DNA of 64,000 bases from Takakia lepidozioides (GCA_030704615.1 CM060733.1:2108001-2172000), one strand, 5' to 3'; numbered from the stretch's first letter, positions 36,480 to 50,752 are shown. A program made the numbers and translations. Notes: generated by a model not told the origin, from the sequence alone.

Positions 36480-37193
36480 CAGTGTTGGGCGGGTATGACA
36501 ATTTGGGCATATTGAAGGGTCCGGGTAAGGCATCTTTGCTTAAAATGGTATGGAGGCGGTTATATATAATGTAGGGGTTTGGAAATTGTGGCGGTTAGAG
36601 GTTATCAATAGAAGGGTCCCCAAAAAAAAGTTCTCAGGTTATCAATATGTCATTATCCTAGAACACCACCGAGTCCATACAACGGTTATCAATATAACCT
36701 GATTTTTAGTTATGATACATTAAGATTTTAAGAGGATCAGAAAGAAAGAGAAAAACAAAGGGAAAAATAAATAAAAATATGAAGAATCACAATTAGGAGG
36801 ACCAGAATTGGTTCAGAAAAGGAGAAAAAAAAAAAAAAAAAAAAAACTCCAACTCCATATGTGGGTTTTCCTTCCAAAAGCTAACAGTCGCCTCAAATGC
36901 GGACCCTATGTGGCTCCATAATTACTACCCATGAATGCAGCAAGGTTGTAATAAAATCTCAAGGTCTTGTTCAAAAGTTACTACTTGGCTGATTTTTAAG
37001 GTTCAAGTTTGGTTTCATGTAGTAACCTAAGTTGGCCCTCGCCGGTTCTAGCTTTGACCGGGTAAGTGGTGAGATGGCCTCGCCGGTTCTAACTCAAGCC
37101 GGGTCCACCCAAAATTTGGGTAGTGGGTCTCAATAGTATGATACCCTGATTATTACCCGGCCAGGTATATATGTCAACATCCGTCCAACACTG
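36480..37193. mobile_element. hAT-type MITE, 714 bp
   Basis: TIR CAGTGTTGGGCGG / CCGTCCAACACTG. 8-bp TSD GTATAATC at 36472-36479 and 37194-37201. Confidence 0.92.
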
Positions 37194-38358
37194 GTATAAT
37201 CCTCATTTGATGAACTATTATTTAAAATCATTATTAAGCTCCTCAAAAAAAATATTTAGCACTGATGTGGAACTACTGACCACACTTATGATGCACATAT
37301 GCTGTGGAAATTTGGAATAAAAAAAAGGTTTTAATCATGACGCATTTTTCTGCGTGAACTAAGATAGAAATCTGCCTATTTGTTCCTTCGTATGTCTCAA
37401 TGGCTGCCTACAAAAGACAAGACCATCATTTCCCATTCCCTATTATTCTCTAATCGTACAACTGGAATAAGCCTCATGCTATATTAAAGGACCCACGCTT
37501 CTTTGCTCCTTTCGCCATTGTGATATCTCTCATTTATGCTCCATCCACTTTGACCCTGGAGGTCTCAAGTCAGAAGGAAGAGCAGAATGAGCACATCTCT
37601 GCCCTGAAGTTTGCATAACAACTCAAAATACAGTCACAAAAAGGTTTGACTACACAAAAACTAAAAGCTATGTTTGAAGTCCTTGTCATTGTTGCACCTA
37701 CACAACAAATTCCATGAAAGTTGGATTGCAAAGGGGTAGCTGAGGGAACAAAGATGCAATCATAGCAACTACTCATTGTCCCCTAAAAATTGTCTTGCCA
37801 TTGACTCGAACATCAAACAATTTTTCAATGACATAGATAAAAGCATCTATATTAATACACAGAAGCTGAAGTCTCTGAATCATCATCACTGACAGAGGAG
37901 TAGGTATCAAACTACATTGACCGTCGCCATAACGATGACTTTACATTGCGAATGTTGGAATTCGTTGTGCATACAGCTGGTTATCATACTGCAATCGTGT
38001 TTTTGGGCGATCGTATTTCGAAGTTTGCTGGTGATAAGTTTGAAAATTTGTTTGAGCAAGCAGTGGATATACTTGAACACTTGGAATTCTACCGCGATAT
38101 TTATTTATAAACATTGTGTGATCTTCCAGATTTTATTATCTATTCATAATTACTAGAGGGCAGGGCTTGCATGAATTGCATTTATTTATTTAATAATATA
38201 ATTGAGAAGCCATTTGATTTTGATTTTTTTTTGTTTTGCTTGCCCATGTTCCATGATGAATTATCTAAAGATTTTTTTTTCTTATTTGTTTATTTTTCCG
38301 CCATTATTGTCAAGTGCCAGATGTCTGGTGATTCTGTGTTTTCGCTATTGCTGCTACA

Positions 38359-38830
38359 ATGGAGGTTGGCAGCGAGCATGAGGCTTGTGGAAGTGCGAAG
38401 CGACAGTGTTTGGGACCAGGTGCATTTGATTTAGATTTTTTTCTCCCTCAGGAATGTCCAAGGATTGAAGGTTTGAAGCCATGTGCATTTGATTCAGATT
38501 TTGTTCTCCTCCAGGAATGTCCAGGATTTGAAGGTTTGGGAAGTGATTTTTCCTCGGAAGGAAATACCAAGGAGTGTTTGGAACCTGTTAATCGAAGACA
38601 CCGGACGATATCAGATCACGAAAAATGAACAATCGATGCAGGTGGTCGAGTCGAGGTGTTGAATGGGCTCGTAAGACTTTTGATAACTGCCGCTCTGAGA
38701 AAGGGCACGATACAAGCATTTTGGTCAAAGACATGTCTGAAAAAAAGGATTTACATGAATTTGTTGACATGATATCTACGTTCATCCTTAAGGTTAACAA
38801 AGTGGACAGAACTATGACATCACCAGAGAA
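38359..38830 (+). pseudogene. Possible remnant of a Crypton/DUF3504-like tyrosine-recombinase N-terminal region
   Basis: EWARKTFDNCRSEKG...DLHEFVDMISTFILKVNKVD...SP resembles the WAxxxFxxW...LxxFxxxVxKxDGxxYxP pattern. Preceded by a 63-bp tandem duplication (~38416-38540). No catalytic domain seen. Confidence 0.4.
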
Positions 38831-41334
38831 AAACACGATGAGATATGTTGGTCTCGATGAAACCAACAATGTGAAGCATATTCAGGGTTGGGTATAGATT
38901 GTCTTGGACGGGATCGAAGACGACATTATGGTGGCGAATGATTCTATCGTTGCTGTCTCTAACGATATGCAAAAATAATGGAAGACATCGTGAAGTATCA
39001 CGACAACCCCTGTTTGTTTAACTAAAAAGAGGATAATGGATTTGCAACATGGGTAGAATAAAAGACACATTTGTTGGTATACCTTCGCAATCCCAATCTC
39101 TCCAAGTTTTTGCTGTTCATTTCATTTCTTGCAAAACGATCTTTCATGGATTGTTCTCGAGGTATGAATGGTGATTTATGGATTTTAGACAAAAAATGGA
39201 AGAGGTGGTTGCGCAAGTATCCATGATCAATGATATCCTCGATCCGTCAATGATTGCAATAGAATTGGTCCAGCTTACCGATATAACTGTGGCGCAATTG
39301 ATTGGGCCATTGTTAACTCAGTTTCATGCACTTCAAAATGCCAACACGCCATTGCCTCTTAAGTCAGGGATAATCTCTTCCCCTATGGATGACCCTGCAG
39401 GACCTCCCAAAGCAATTTTTGACACCTTGATTGAATGTACTACGTCAAATGATGCTCACATATTTGCTGGCATCCTGCGGACACATTTCTGCAATGCTCA
39501 GCTTTTAGGGGGTGCATGGAGACCAATTAGAGTTGTGGTGCTCTGTACTGCCGCAAGAGGCTTTATGATTTGTTGAGACTGCAATGCGGGTTTGTAAGGA
39601 GGGCACAAGTTATTGGAATTGTTTATGCTACGTATTAAACTACATCGGTCTTAAATTTTTGAATATTGCTTGGTTGTATCTTACATAAGTGAATTTTCTC
39701 TTTCAAATGCATCATTTGGTAACTCACGTGTACGTGAAGTCTTACGAGTTATGTATGTCCAAAAAAACAAAAACTATGTCTAATTCAGACTGCTATGTTG
39801 GTGATTTTCACATGTATATTCATGAGAGCCCTAGTCTGATTATTAGATTTTGATGGGATTTCATGTGGATATTGTATTTTACAATGAACTCCTTTCATGT
39901 TTTAGTTGAGTCGCAGCATTGAGCTTCAAAGCCAGCGTTGAGTGGAGAATGAGCATGGTAAATTTTCTTAAGCCTACGCACATGGATCTTTCTGCAAGGG
40001 TTTTTAATATTCTCCTACTAACATGACAAACATTAATAGGTTCATTGGATTATTCTAGACTCTAGTGACCTGAAATTCGGAGACTAATTTTAGTATAGAA
40101 CAAGAAGATAGTGCCATAGTACCATAGTGACATATCATCATTGCCACATCGTGGTCGTCATTTTTAAGCCATCTAAAAGAATGAATTATGAAAATCATTT
40201 TTTTCTAAGTTATTTTCTTTCTTTATTTTGTTTCCTTCACAATGTCTTCTAAATATTAATTATGATAAAACCACCAAACAATTTTTACATTTCTAGATTT
40301 ACATGTTATAGCACTTCTAAAAATTTCAGGTATATTTTGTCACTGAAAATTCATGAAATATAGCAAAAGACCTCTTTTGAAATGTGTTCAATGGCACAGT
40401 CCACATTAGTATATTAGTGAATTGAAACGTGCTCAGCATAAAAAATACCTGAAATTTAATATCTCCCACACCGTAGGTCCAATAGTTATGAAACCAGCTT
40501 GATGCACCTCTATTCATCCTAGATCGAGGGCTTTCCAGCGGTACTAACTTTTAAGAACCTAGGCAGAGATATTGTGGTTTGGAAGATTTAAACGTGACAA
40601 AGACGAAAAACAAAATAAACCAAAACAAACTACATGGTTTAATATATTGATTATGATAGTACATATATATATTATAAATATGATAATGGCAATAGCTAAT
40701 TAGCTGTCAAACTAATATTGAAATTTTTTTTGCCTATATTTTGGATAATAAAAATAGATATATTGATATATGGTAAATACCAGTGTTGTACTGGTATGTC
40801 CATTTGAAAATACCAGACTCCTCCGGGTATGCCTAATGGACCTCTAAGGCCAAACTGGTAGGGCCCAGTGTTAAAAAAAACACATATAAATCAAGACCCC
40901 TCCGGAAGGAAGCATAAATTATGGTGTCTCTTCACCACAAGGGCTATTACTTTCCAGCTGAAAGGTGGACAACTTCATGACACACCCGACCGTGGTTTGA
41001 ACGCACAACCACATCCAACGTGGTGCCCATTACCAGTGGGCTACGTGTAGGTCCACGCTGTTGTAGATAGAGTAACTGCACTGGTATGAGTACTGTCATG
41101 TGGGACATACCTTGATACTAGGCATGACTAAGTCAAATTTTAAATGGAGATACTAGGTCTATATTTGCAAGGGTATGTTATACGTATTAGGAATATATAT
41201 TATATATGTATAAAGATATGATATGTAAAGAATGATTTTTCACTTGTTTTTGGTAAAATTTGCAAAGATATAGTGCTATTTTTGACATTGCACAAATGTG
41301 AATGAGGATAAGCACAAAAAAATTGTATCAAAAC

Positions 41335-41511
41335 ATAGCCACATGTAGAATGGCGGTAGTCAACATTACCAGCCCAATCTGCATTACAATAACCACAAAG
41401 CTCTATGCTCTTGTAAGCACTATCTGAGATACCATTTGAACCCACTTGGTCCAACCGAACATTATCATTGTTTTTTCTCAAGCACAGACCATAGTCCAGT
41501 GTGCCTCTCAT
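41335..41511 (-). pseudogene. Ty1/copia RT-RNase H junction remnant
   Basis: RGTLDYGL...LCGYCNADWAGNVDYRHSTCGYV (cf. GYSDADWAGxxDxRRSTSGYVF). Confidence 0.85.
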
Positions 41512-41890
41512 TAACTCGTTAAGGAATTAATTTCCAATAACTCTTGACACCTGCAGTAATAATAATTAGGTGCCCTTGACCTTGACAAAAGGCTAGAATC
41601 CATGCTTCATATTTGTCGCATTTGTTAAGGATTGATTGGTCTGAATAGTAGTCACAACACCAAGTATATTATATGGATAGTGAGGCCTAAGGACATATAC
41701 GCGCGGTGTTCTTGAGGTTGAAATTAGGATCCAATCTCAAGGAACAAGTTGTCTATTTATTTAATGGATCAGAATCTGGAAGGCATTGGCATGGGTAGGC
41801 AGGGCATGTGGGAATAAGGAGCCAAGGGTCCTAAGGGTATACATATAGATGCGTACCTAATACTTCTAAAGATGTGTAGTAGGTACTTAC

Positions 41891-43405
41891 CAGTGTTGGA
41901 TTGGTATATAGGGTCTGGCCGGGTATCAACCAGGGTATTGAATAACCGACCCGGCTGGTATTGGAAATTCCAATATTGTGGTTGATAACCGGACCGGATG
42001 GTATTGCCAAGGCAATACCCGGGTGTATACCAGTGTTGGGCGGTTACCCGCCTGGGCCCGGGTAACCGCCGGTTCCGGTTATGTGGAACTGGACCGGAAC
42101 CGGAACCGCTCATTGGGGATTGTGTAGGAACCGGAACCGGCGGTTCCAGCTACGACCACATGTGTGGGAACCGGCGGTTCCAGCTCCAAAGCGGTTCCGG
42201 TTCCGGTCCACCCTTGGGCTGTAGCCCTAAATGTCTCTAGTACCTGGGGCTGGTGGGCCCAGGGAAAAACTTATTTAATGCTCTTAAGCTCCTGAGATCG
42301 TGGGTTCAATGCTTGAAGGCCATGAGATTCTATGTTCAATGCTTCAGCGCCATGAGATCTTGGGTTCAATCTCCAGCTCCATGATATCCTGGCTAAGTTC
42401 ATTAATAAAATGTTTGAAGATGCCAATACTTGCCAGGTAGCTGAATAGTACTTTCAACCCATAAAATTTTACCCATTTTCTTCTACCAGTTTATTTAGAG
42501 TATTTTTGTTTGTTTTTTTGTGTTAGTGAAAACTAACAAAATCGTTGGATTTTAGTTCAAATATGTGAATACACTGCTATTTAATCTACCGGACTGATAA
42601 AATATTTTAAATCTAATTAAATTAAACAAATATATTTTTAAAATAGAACCGGAACCTAACCGGAACCGATGGTTTTTATCAGCAACTAACCGGTAACCGG
42701 AACCGCCCCCATGTTTAAAAGTTGGATCCGGAACCTGAAATAATTTTGGAACCGGAACCGAGGGTTCCTTCACAAATGCAAGAACCGCCCAACACTGGTG
42801 TATACCCGTATTATGGGCAAAAACAATGACTACACCATGGTATGAATAGGAAATTGGCTGGGTGGCACAATATGTCAGGGTCTGGGTCAGGGTAAGAGGG
42901 TGCGCACATGTCAGGAGGGCATGTCCAGCCACTATCATTTCTTACCACATGTAGGGCGGGCCCACCCCTATTATTTATTTTCTTAAGCACATGTAGGGTG
43001 TCTTATGTGGTTGCCTTTTAACTAAGATTGCTTCAATTTGGATACTAAAATCTGCAACGTTGTTATTATGTATTGCAAAGACTGAATTTTGCAACATAAT
43101 AATTAATTTCTTTGTGAAATCAACTGAAATATTCTAAATTCATACATATTAATGATTTAGTGGTTATTTAAATTTTTAAATTTTATTATTTATACCCGGG
43201 CTGATAACCGGCTGGTATTAGATTGGAATACCCATCCTGTTGATACCCGTCCGCAAATCGAAAATCATATTACTATTGAGAACCGGCTGGTATTAAAATG
43301 AAGGGAATCTTTCAATACTATAGAACCGGCTGGTATTGCAAATTAATTTCTTTTCAATACCCGGACCCGGCTGGTATTAGAAAAAGTAATACTCGCCCAA
43401 CACTG
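41891..43405. mobile_element. hAT-type MITE (outer element of a nested pair)
   Basis: TIR CAGTGTTGG / CCAACACTG. TSD GTACTTAC at 41883-41890 and 43406-43413. ACCGGCTGGTATT subterminal repeats. Confidence 0.92.
42031..42797. mobile_element. hAT-type MITE nested inside the previous one
   Basis: TIR CAGTGTTGGGCGGTT / AACCGCCCAACACTG. TSD GTGTATAC at 42023-42030 and 42798-42805. GGAACC subterminal repeats. Confidence 0.93.
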
Positions 43406-44965
43406 GTACTTACAGCCTTGTAGGTGAGGTAGTTTCTGTCCGTACCAACCAAACGCCATTTTCATGGCCCGGCGGTTATGCATCCATCCATAATGCTACT
43501 ATCCGTCCTCTCCTCCCTTGCCATTCTCACCGTCTTTGGTTTGAGGCAACTTATACCCGGTCCGACTGTCGACTCCGACACTACGACTGACGGCAGTGCC
43601 TTGTACTTGAAAAGGTGGGCGCATGACCACAACGCCTCTCAATGTTGAATGTTGTGAAGCCTCGTAGTAATGAGGCCCATACAACGCAGGTGCCCGCACT
43701 CATTGTGTGTATCTCACCTCGCTACCCGCTCATCATTGCATTCCGTGACTTTGTGCTCCCGTGCATTTCCAGTCTTCTTCACTTTCTATGCACCGACTTG
43801 CTCCCGGCCCCACTCTCATCAGAGAGATAGAGAGATGACCATCGCCTGATTTTCAGTAAAGACAGAGACGTAAAGTTGTGTGTGAAGAAAACGGACACAG
43901 ACCAACATCCAACACGCCGCCGTCCCCACCGCGCTCTTCCTTCACTATTCTACTACTCTACACTTTCCTTTCGAAAACACAACATTGAAATTTCAGTCCA
44001 TGCCCCGCCATGGAGATACACCGGACGAAGCGTCCTGGCTCCGTCGAGCCACCGACGAAAAGCAGGTAAAAGCCGGTACAGCCGGTTTGACATTGGGGCT
44101 TGGCGGTAGCCCTGCCGCGTGGCAGCGAGGCGCACCAAAGTTGCCAGTCAACGGCCGGTGTGTGAGATGAATGTGGCGCCGATGGATGAAGATATTTGAG
44201 GAGGGTCCGGTCACACGGTTTGAATATGCAGTTTCGGCCACTGGCTGTACCTTCCACATACGGATGGATATACCTGAAGAATACGGATGGCTATACTCCA
44301 CAGCGCGTATAAGCCGACATCTCCACCTTGCCGCCACGTGACAATCCAAAGCCGCTAAAAGCGACACGTATGCCTTGCGGGTAACCCCTGTGGCGTACGG
44401 ATAACCTGGGGTGACGCGGTTTAGCCGGTTGTGTGGTGAGGTGTGTGGCGTGGCGCGGCTGCATTGGGGCTGCGAGCGCATGCTGCAGCGAGAGCGCGGC
44501 GATGGCCGTGGAGGCACTGCTGCTTGCCTCCACTCTGCCAGCGGCATGTACAACGGACTGCTGCTTCTCCTCATTCATTCGTTCTTTTCTTCATGGACTC
44601 TCTTCCCCACTTTGTAGGGCCCACTTTTCTTGTTTGCTACTTTGTCCGATCAGCGATATATAAAGATTGTTTCTTACTTCCATTTTTTCGGTCTTTTTAC
44701 TTCATTGCGTTTCTTCGGACTTGTCGCTGTCTACGCATCTCAAATTCTGTCTACTCAGGTTCTCAACGGGCACTCGTCTCTTGTTTCTCTCCGCCGTGGT
44801 AACTCTCCTCCGCTTCCGTTCTTTCTTGCTTTGTTTCTCTCTTTCACTATGAAGATCAGAAATGCTTGGCAGCCTACCTGCACGAGGCATTCACCCTTAG
44901 ACAATCACTCGAACAATAGTTCCTGTTTTCTCTCATGTTTTTTTCTTTCCATTTTGTCCCATAAG

Positions 44966-45080
44966 CTCTATGAGCTTTCCGCGGACGTTATAAAGCACCA
45001 TTTCATTTCATTTCATTTCATTTCTCTATGAGCTTCCCGCGGACGTTATAAAGCACCATTTCGTTTCATTTCATTTCTCT
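44966..45080 (+). repeat. ~58-bp tandem duplication with a TATA-like TTATAAAG and (CATTT)n, ~0.8 kb upstream of the XBAT start codon
   Basis: CTATGAGCTT(T/C)CCGCGGACGTTATAAAGCACCATTTC... occurs twice. Any promoter role is inferred only. Confidence 0.7.
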
Positions 45081-45846
45081 TGTGTATCCTTTTTACCTCT
45101 GAGCTCCTTTTCCATTCGCTCCGTCTGCCTTGCTGTGATAATTTACTGCTTCTGCACATCGTTGCAAGCATTGCTATTGCTCCCGCGAGTAAGTAAAATA
45201 GTTTCAAGGTTTTTCAAGTTTCAAGATTTGTGGCGAAAATGAACACACGGGCGTAATCTAGTCGACAGATTCGATAGGTAGACGTTGTCTCACTACAATG
45301 TTGTTGCAAAGGGCAGGGTAACGCAGAGGTGGCGTGCTTTCTGCACTATTTCACACAGCAATTTTCGAGCGATCGAGTGCTACATCTGTCCCGCTACATC
45401 GGTGACTGATATTTCGGAGCTGGTGCAGAGCATCCGATATGCCATCAGCCAGACCCGACATTTGACAGACACGAGAGGAGACTTGGCCAGATTTTGCTAA
45501 AACAATTCGTTCCAAACTGCTTGCAATCGAACTGCAATGCCGGGCTAATCCACCAATCCAGCAGATACTTAGCCACGCTTAGTTTCATCAAAATTAATAC
45601 CAATAAAATGCTCGTATTGACTGCTAGATTATTCACTCGGACATGTACTGATTTACAGAAGAAAAATCCGGTTGCAACAGGGACGGATCTTTAGGCGGGA
45701 GATGAAAATTCCCCTTTCGTATTTTCTAGACTTAGTGACAGTGGAATCTGCAGATCAAGCTTTAAATCCTATCTGCTTGTGACATAAGGGGGCCTAGCAT
45801 ACACAAAACCGTGGGAAGACAGACACAGAGGAGACGGGATAGAGAG

Positions 45847-48800
45847 ATGGGACAGGCGCTGAGTTGTGGTAACACAGAGAGGCAGCAGCTTTGTTCAGCG
45901 ATCAGAGACGGAGATGCGCAATACGTGGAGACAGTGGCAAAGGAGGATCCGAAGCTTGTGAACAAATCGCTCTTCTACAATCGTCTCACGCCTCTGCACC
46001 TTGCCGCCTCCCATGGTCACTTTGATGTTAGTCTCTGAACTTACCCTTGCTTGAGATCGAACTTCACATCATCACACACTCCTTACATTGCCAGGGAAAC
46101 TGTAAGGCCTTGCGGCATCTCAGTCAATTGCAACATTACATGTATGCATTGGTGGGGCTAGCGGATGCGCTTCTCCCATGTTTTGCCAGAGGGGAATGCT
46201 CGTCCAGTGCCTTACTGGCTAGCGACGCATGTGGCTACTACTCAGTAGTCTGGATGTAAAATATTATTTGAAACAAGGCAAAATGTTCGGGAGATTTGGG
46301 TAATGTAGGCTTAGGTGAAAATCGGACTTAGATGTCCACTGCTGATCCAATCTCCTTTAGTTGGTGGCTGGCTTTGGGATACTTTCAGTTGTCAGAACCT
46401 TGCTTCGAGATGTTTTATCAGTGGCTAAGCTATGTATCTGATGAATTTTGGACTATGAACTCTTCGATGAAGAGGCTATAGTGGAGCTTGAATCTTCTGT
46501 GTCATCTTGGGTAAAACTGCCAAAAGATTGAAGAGGTTTGTGGAGTATTGTAAGCCCATTCACGGGAGGTGGAGCAGGTGTTGACAGCACTGTTGGAGCG
46601 TGGTGCACAACCTAATGCTACCAACAAAAATGGAGAGGTATGTTGGAGGCTTTCTTATATCCAGTGTCTCAAACTATCTGGTGTTTGGTTTCCACCAAGT
46701 TTCGGGATATGTTGTAACTCATTTGGCATGGAAACCAATTTTACTGTTTATATTTGTAGGATTTGACCTTCCAACATTTTGATGCCTAAAATGATGTCTC
46801 AGAACTGACTAAGGATTGCTGTCTTCTTTACTAAGCTGGACATTCTTGGAAGTGCATGAAGCAAAGGTGTGTGTTGATGTGGGTGCCTGGGAACCTCTGC
46901 AGACACCATTGATGCTGGCATGCAAGGACGGGCGATTGGGATGCATTGACATACTGTTGACATATGGTGCCAACGTAAAGCTTATTTCTTTGTACTTGGG
47001 CCCTCATTGTAACTGTTTGTTATGCACATCTGCTAGACTCCCCATGCTCTGAGCCAGAGTGCTTGGTACTATTCCAGATCCATGGCCAGAGAGAGATTGA
47101 GACTGCGAAAGTCAAGTGCAAAAAGTTTGAATTACTTTCTAGTTGTGCCACGACAAGCCAATATATGAAGGGGGCAACTATTAACAGAGTAGTCTTTGAG
47201 CTGTGGAGGGTGCAACTTGTCATTTCTTTTTTCTTTCCCGCTCTAGAGCCATATTCTTCCTCCTGATATGGATGTGTTAAGGTTGGGGAATTGGATTGTA
47301 CTCCACGTCCAATACTGTGGTCTGCTAACTGTACTCTTTATTTGCAAGCAATGCAGGTGCTTGCATTCGATCGTGCCAATGGGCGTACATGCCTCCATTA
47401 TGCTGCAAGAGGAGGACATGTCGAGTGTGTTCGCAAAATATTGGAGGCAGCCCAAACTGGCGCTGTTGCAGCTTCATGGTAGGCACTTGACTTATTATTC
47501 AGAGTTGTCTCTTTCCACAGATCAGACCAAAATGTTTTGGTTCTATGAGATTTGGCTACCCACATTTTCCATTTCTTTAGTTCTTGGTGCTATTTCTTCC
47601 CATCTCTTTCACCACAAACTGTATGTAAGGCAATCTGGTGTTGTTATGTCCACCTTCCAGACCTCATGGTGGTTTTGCGAGCCAAACTTGAACAACTGTA
47701 GAATAATTGTTTGACTGGTCTCCATAACACTATCATTGCCTCGTTGTTAGAGCCTGTTACATGGTTGCCCGCTTGTTGGGCATTGCAGCAGTAGAATAAC
47801 ACAGCTTGTGATGGGGAGCTTGACTTTCTCTCTGGGTGTCTGCTGCCGGTGGTTAAGCATCATGGTTGACGCCGCAGGGACACGTGGTGACATGGTAAGC
47901 GTCCTGCTGGCTATTCGAGCTTTAGCAGTTGGAAATGTTTGTACATGAAGGTGTTATTTTGGCCTTTGGTGTCGGAGCTGAAGTGTTTAGTTTAATCCTC
48001 TGGCGGATTGAAAGGGGACCAGAGCTGTCATAGCCCTGCTGTTTCTGAACTGTGTGATGGTGGATATACATCAGCAGAACTTTGGCTACAAATTGAACCA
48101 TTTCTGTACAACGACAAATAGTGCTGGTAGCCCATGGTATTAGTTCCAGCCATGTTAGCAACAGGAAACAGGATCAGCACCCACAGCACGAAAAATGCAC
48201 TTTCTAGTGGCCACAAAGCCCAAAATGAGCATTGAAACTGGCGAGTATTTCCATACCTGGTGGATGGTGCTGACCAACCATTGGGTCTCAATCTTCTGCA
48301 AAGCTTCCCTTGGTTTCCAGGTCCCGTAGATCCAGAACCACTAAGTGCAGTTGCTGAATCCTGTAAATGTTGTAGCTGCAATTAGCAGCTGACCGCTCAA
48401 AACTGCCCATGAAACCCAAATACATCGGCATATAGGAGAGTTTTCACAGCCATTTCTCGAAATGTCTTTCTGGACATGCCGTTAGTTAAGGTGCAAGGTA
48501 CGCAGAAGTTCGCGTGGTGTCACCTAATGGTGGCAAAATTTTGGTTCTGGATGGCAGGGGCTTTGAGAGATATGTGAATGTGCGTGATGCAAATGGGGTG
48601 ACCCCTCTCCACTTGGCTGCGTGGGGTGGCCATATGTCACTTGTGAAGCATCTCTTGGAAAATGGGGCTCTTGTTTCAGCCACCACCACCACCACCGGAA
48701 ATGGGTAAGCTCTCTTGCAAAGTATGTTTCATGCAGAATCATCAGAAGCATATATTCTGCTTTGTGAGGTAAGCTTTGAGCTGTTTCAGCCTTTTGGGAT

Positions 48801-50752
48801 GGCTTTCAAAATTGCAAGGTGGGATTAATCTTGTCATGGTTGACAGTGCTCTCACTATTGTCTGAACGGAGACAGACAAAGAAAGAAATAACTTTACAAC
48901 TGGGACCTGAGGTAAAGTAAAACAATGAGAAACCCACGTCTACGTACACCACACCTCAGCCGCAGCCAAGTGCCTTAGACCTTAGCAGAGAGTAAAAAAT
49001 TTCATCAATTCCATAAAGTAGACAGAAACAGCAGTATATCAGAAAACAAAGAGAAAGGAAAGAATTGAAATGAAATGAGATTGTAATTTATAATGTCCAC
49101 GGAAAGCTTGAAGAGCTCATGGGAGAAGAGAAAGAAACAAACAAGAAAGAGAGAGCCCCCCCCCCCCACAACCTTCCCAAAAGCAACTATTGCTCAAGGG
49201 ATGGAGAGTCAGTGCCTCATGCTGATAAGATGCCAAGCACTTATGATCCTCGAAATGGAAGATCTCCGCGTGAGATTGGGTAACACGGAATAGACAATTG
49301 AACTTCCCCATGGATCTCAGAAAGAAATCAAGAAATTCACTCAATGTCCACGGGAAGCTAAAAGCTTATGTGCAAAGAAAGCACGACACAGGAAAGAAAG
49401 TGGGGCCCTTGACAAGCAGCCCCAAAACGAGTATTCATCAAAGCTGAGTATGTAGATGCGCTCGAAAGAAAGGAAGAACAAACGTTTTAACTTCATAACA
49501 AGGTCTCCTTTATATTGTTCATGAAGAGGGCATGTAGGAGCAGAGCAGTCTAAGAGAATCAGAAAGGAATGATGATGTAATAGGGAGTGATAGAGTGAAG
49601 GCGGGTGATTATGCTGATGGGCTTTGGAAAGAGGAAAGTGAGTTCGACCTGAAGCTGACACTGAGATTCTTGCGCCTTGTGTGAGGAAGGCCTGGTAATG
49701 GCAGCACGCCTTTGCACTTTGCAGCGCGTTCAGGCTCTGTGGAGAGTGTCCGAGAGCTTCTAGCGTGGGGTGCAGATCGCTGCCAACGTGATCTTATCGG
49801 GTATTCTCCGTAATACCTCTTTTGACGTACCCAGAGGCGGGGAGGATGGAGATTGTGTGACATGCAGCATCGTGTCCCTTACCGTCCTCGGTCTACTGTC
49901 TATGTGGGATGTTGTTCTAATGTGTGACTGACTTGCAGGTATACCTCATACGGCATAGCACTTAAGTACAAGAACATTGCCTGCGCGGCACTGTTGAATC
50001 CCAACATGGCAGAGCCCCTTGTGTGGCCATCATCCTGGAAATTCATCACCGACCTTGACCCACAAGCCAAAACATTACTGGAAACTGCCTTGGCGCAGGC
50101 AAATGATCAGCGGGAGAGAGGGAAGATTACCATCAGAGAGGTTGCGAGCTCTGCTACTGGCACTGAAACTGCTGGAATCGGCGAGGAAGCCGAGAGTAGA
50201 GACTTGGGAGAAGTTCTGGAGGTGAGCATGTTAGATTTTTTTTGTCTTGTGACAAGTTTGCATTGCCTCCATTCAACTAACTGAACATAACAGCGATGTT
50301 CGATCGCAATTGCACTGACCAAGAGTGAATTCAGGGACGATCTAACATCTCCATGTGGGGATGAGCAGGTAAGTGGAAGTATAACAGAGGAAATGTGTTG
50401 CATTTGCTTTGAGCAACTGTGCACTATTGAAGTAAAAGAGTGTGGCCACCAGATGTGCGCGACGTGCACACTCGCACTTTGCTGCCACAACAAGCCCAAC
50501 CCGGCGATTCCCCACCTCCCACCACCTGCCTGCCCCTTTTGCCGAAGAAAGATCGGGCAACTCATTCCAGCCCAACCAAAATGCAAAGAGAGCAAAAGCA
50601 AGCTTTGCGGTAGGTCTCGTCGCATAGCTTCTGGCAAAGATTCCGGCGGGGGCGGATCCTTCAGAAAAATCGTAGGAAGAAATGTCAGCAAAGGATCTGG
50701 CCGGATCGCAGATGTGGAGTGGTTGAATCTGCAATCCACTCTCTGTCAATAA
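45847..50752 (+). CDS. XBAT31: XB3/XBAT31-like ankyrin-repeat RING-HC E3 ubiquitin ligase, 8 coding exons
   Basis: Exons 45847-46026, 46578-46637, 46903-46974, 47357-47478, 48558-48704, 49690-49800, 49939-50221, 50369-50752. N-terminal MGQALSC, TPLH ankyrin repeats, AEPLVWPS, RING CCICFEQLCTIEVKECGHQMCATC...CCHNKP...CPFCR. Confidence 0.95.

Noticed and set aside
43993-44802. Overlapping ORFs up to 193 aa upstream of XBAT
   Set aside because: GC-rich promoter-proximal DNA with low-complexity translations in several frames.
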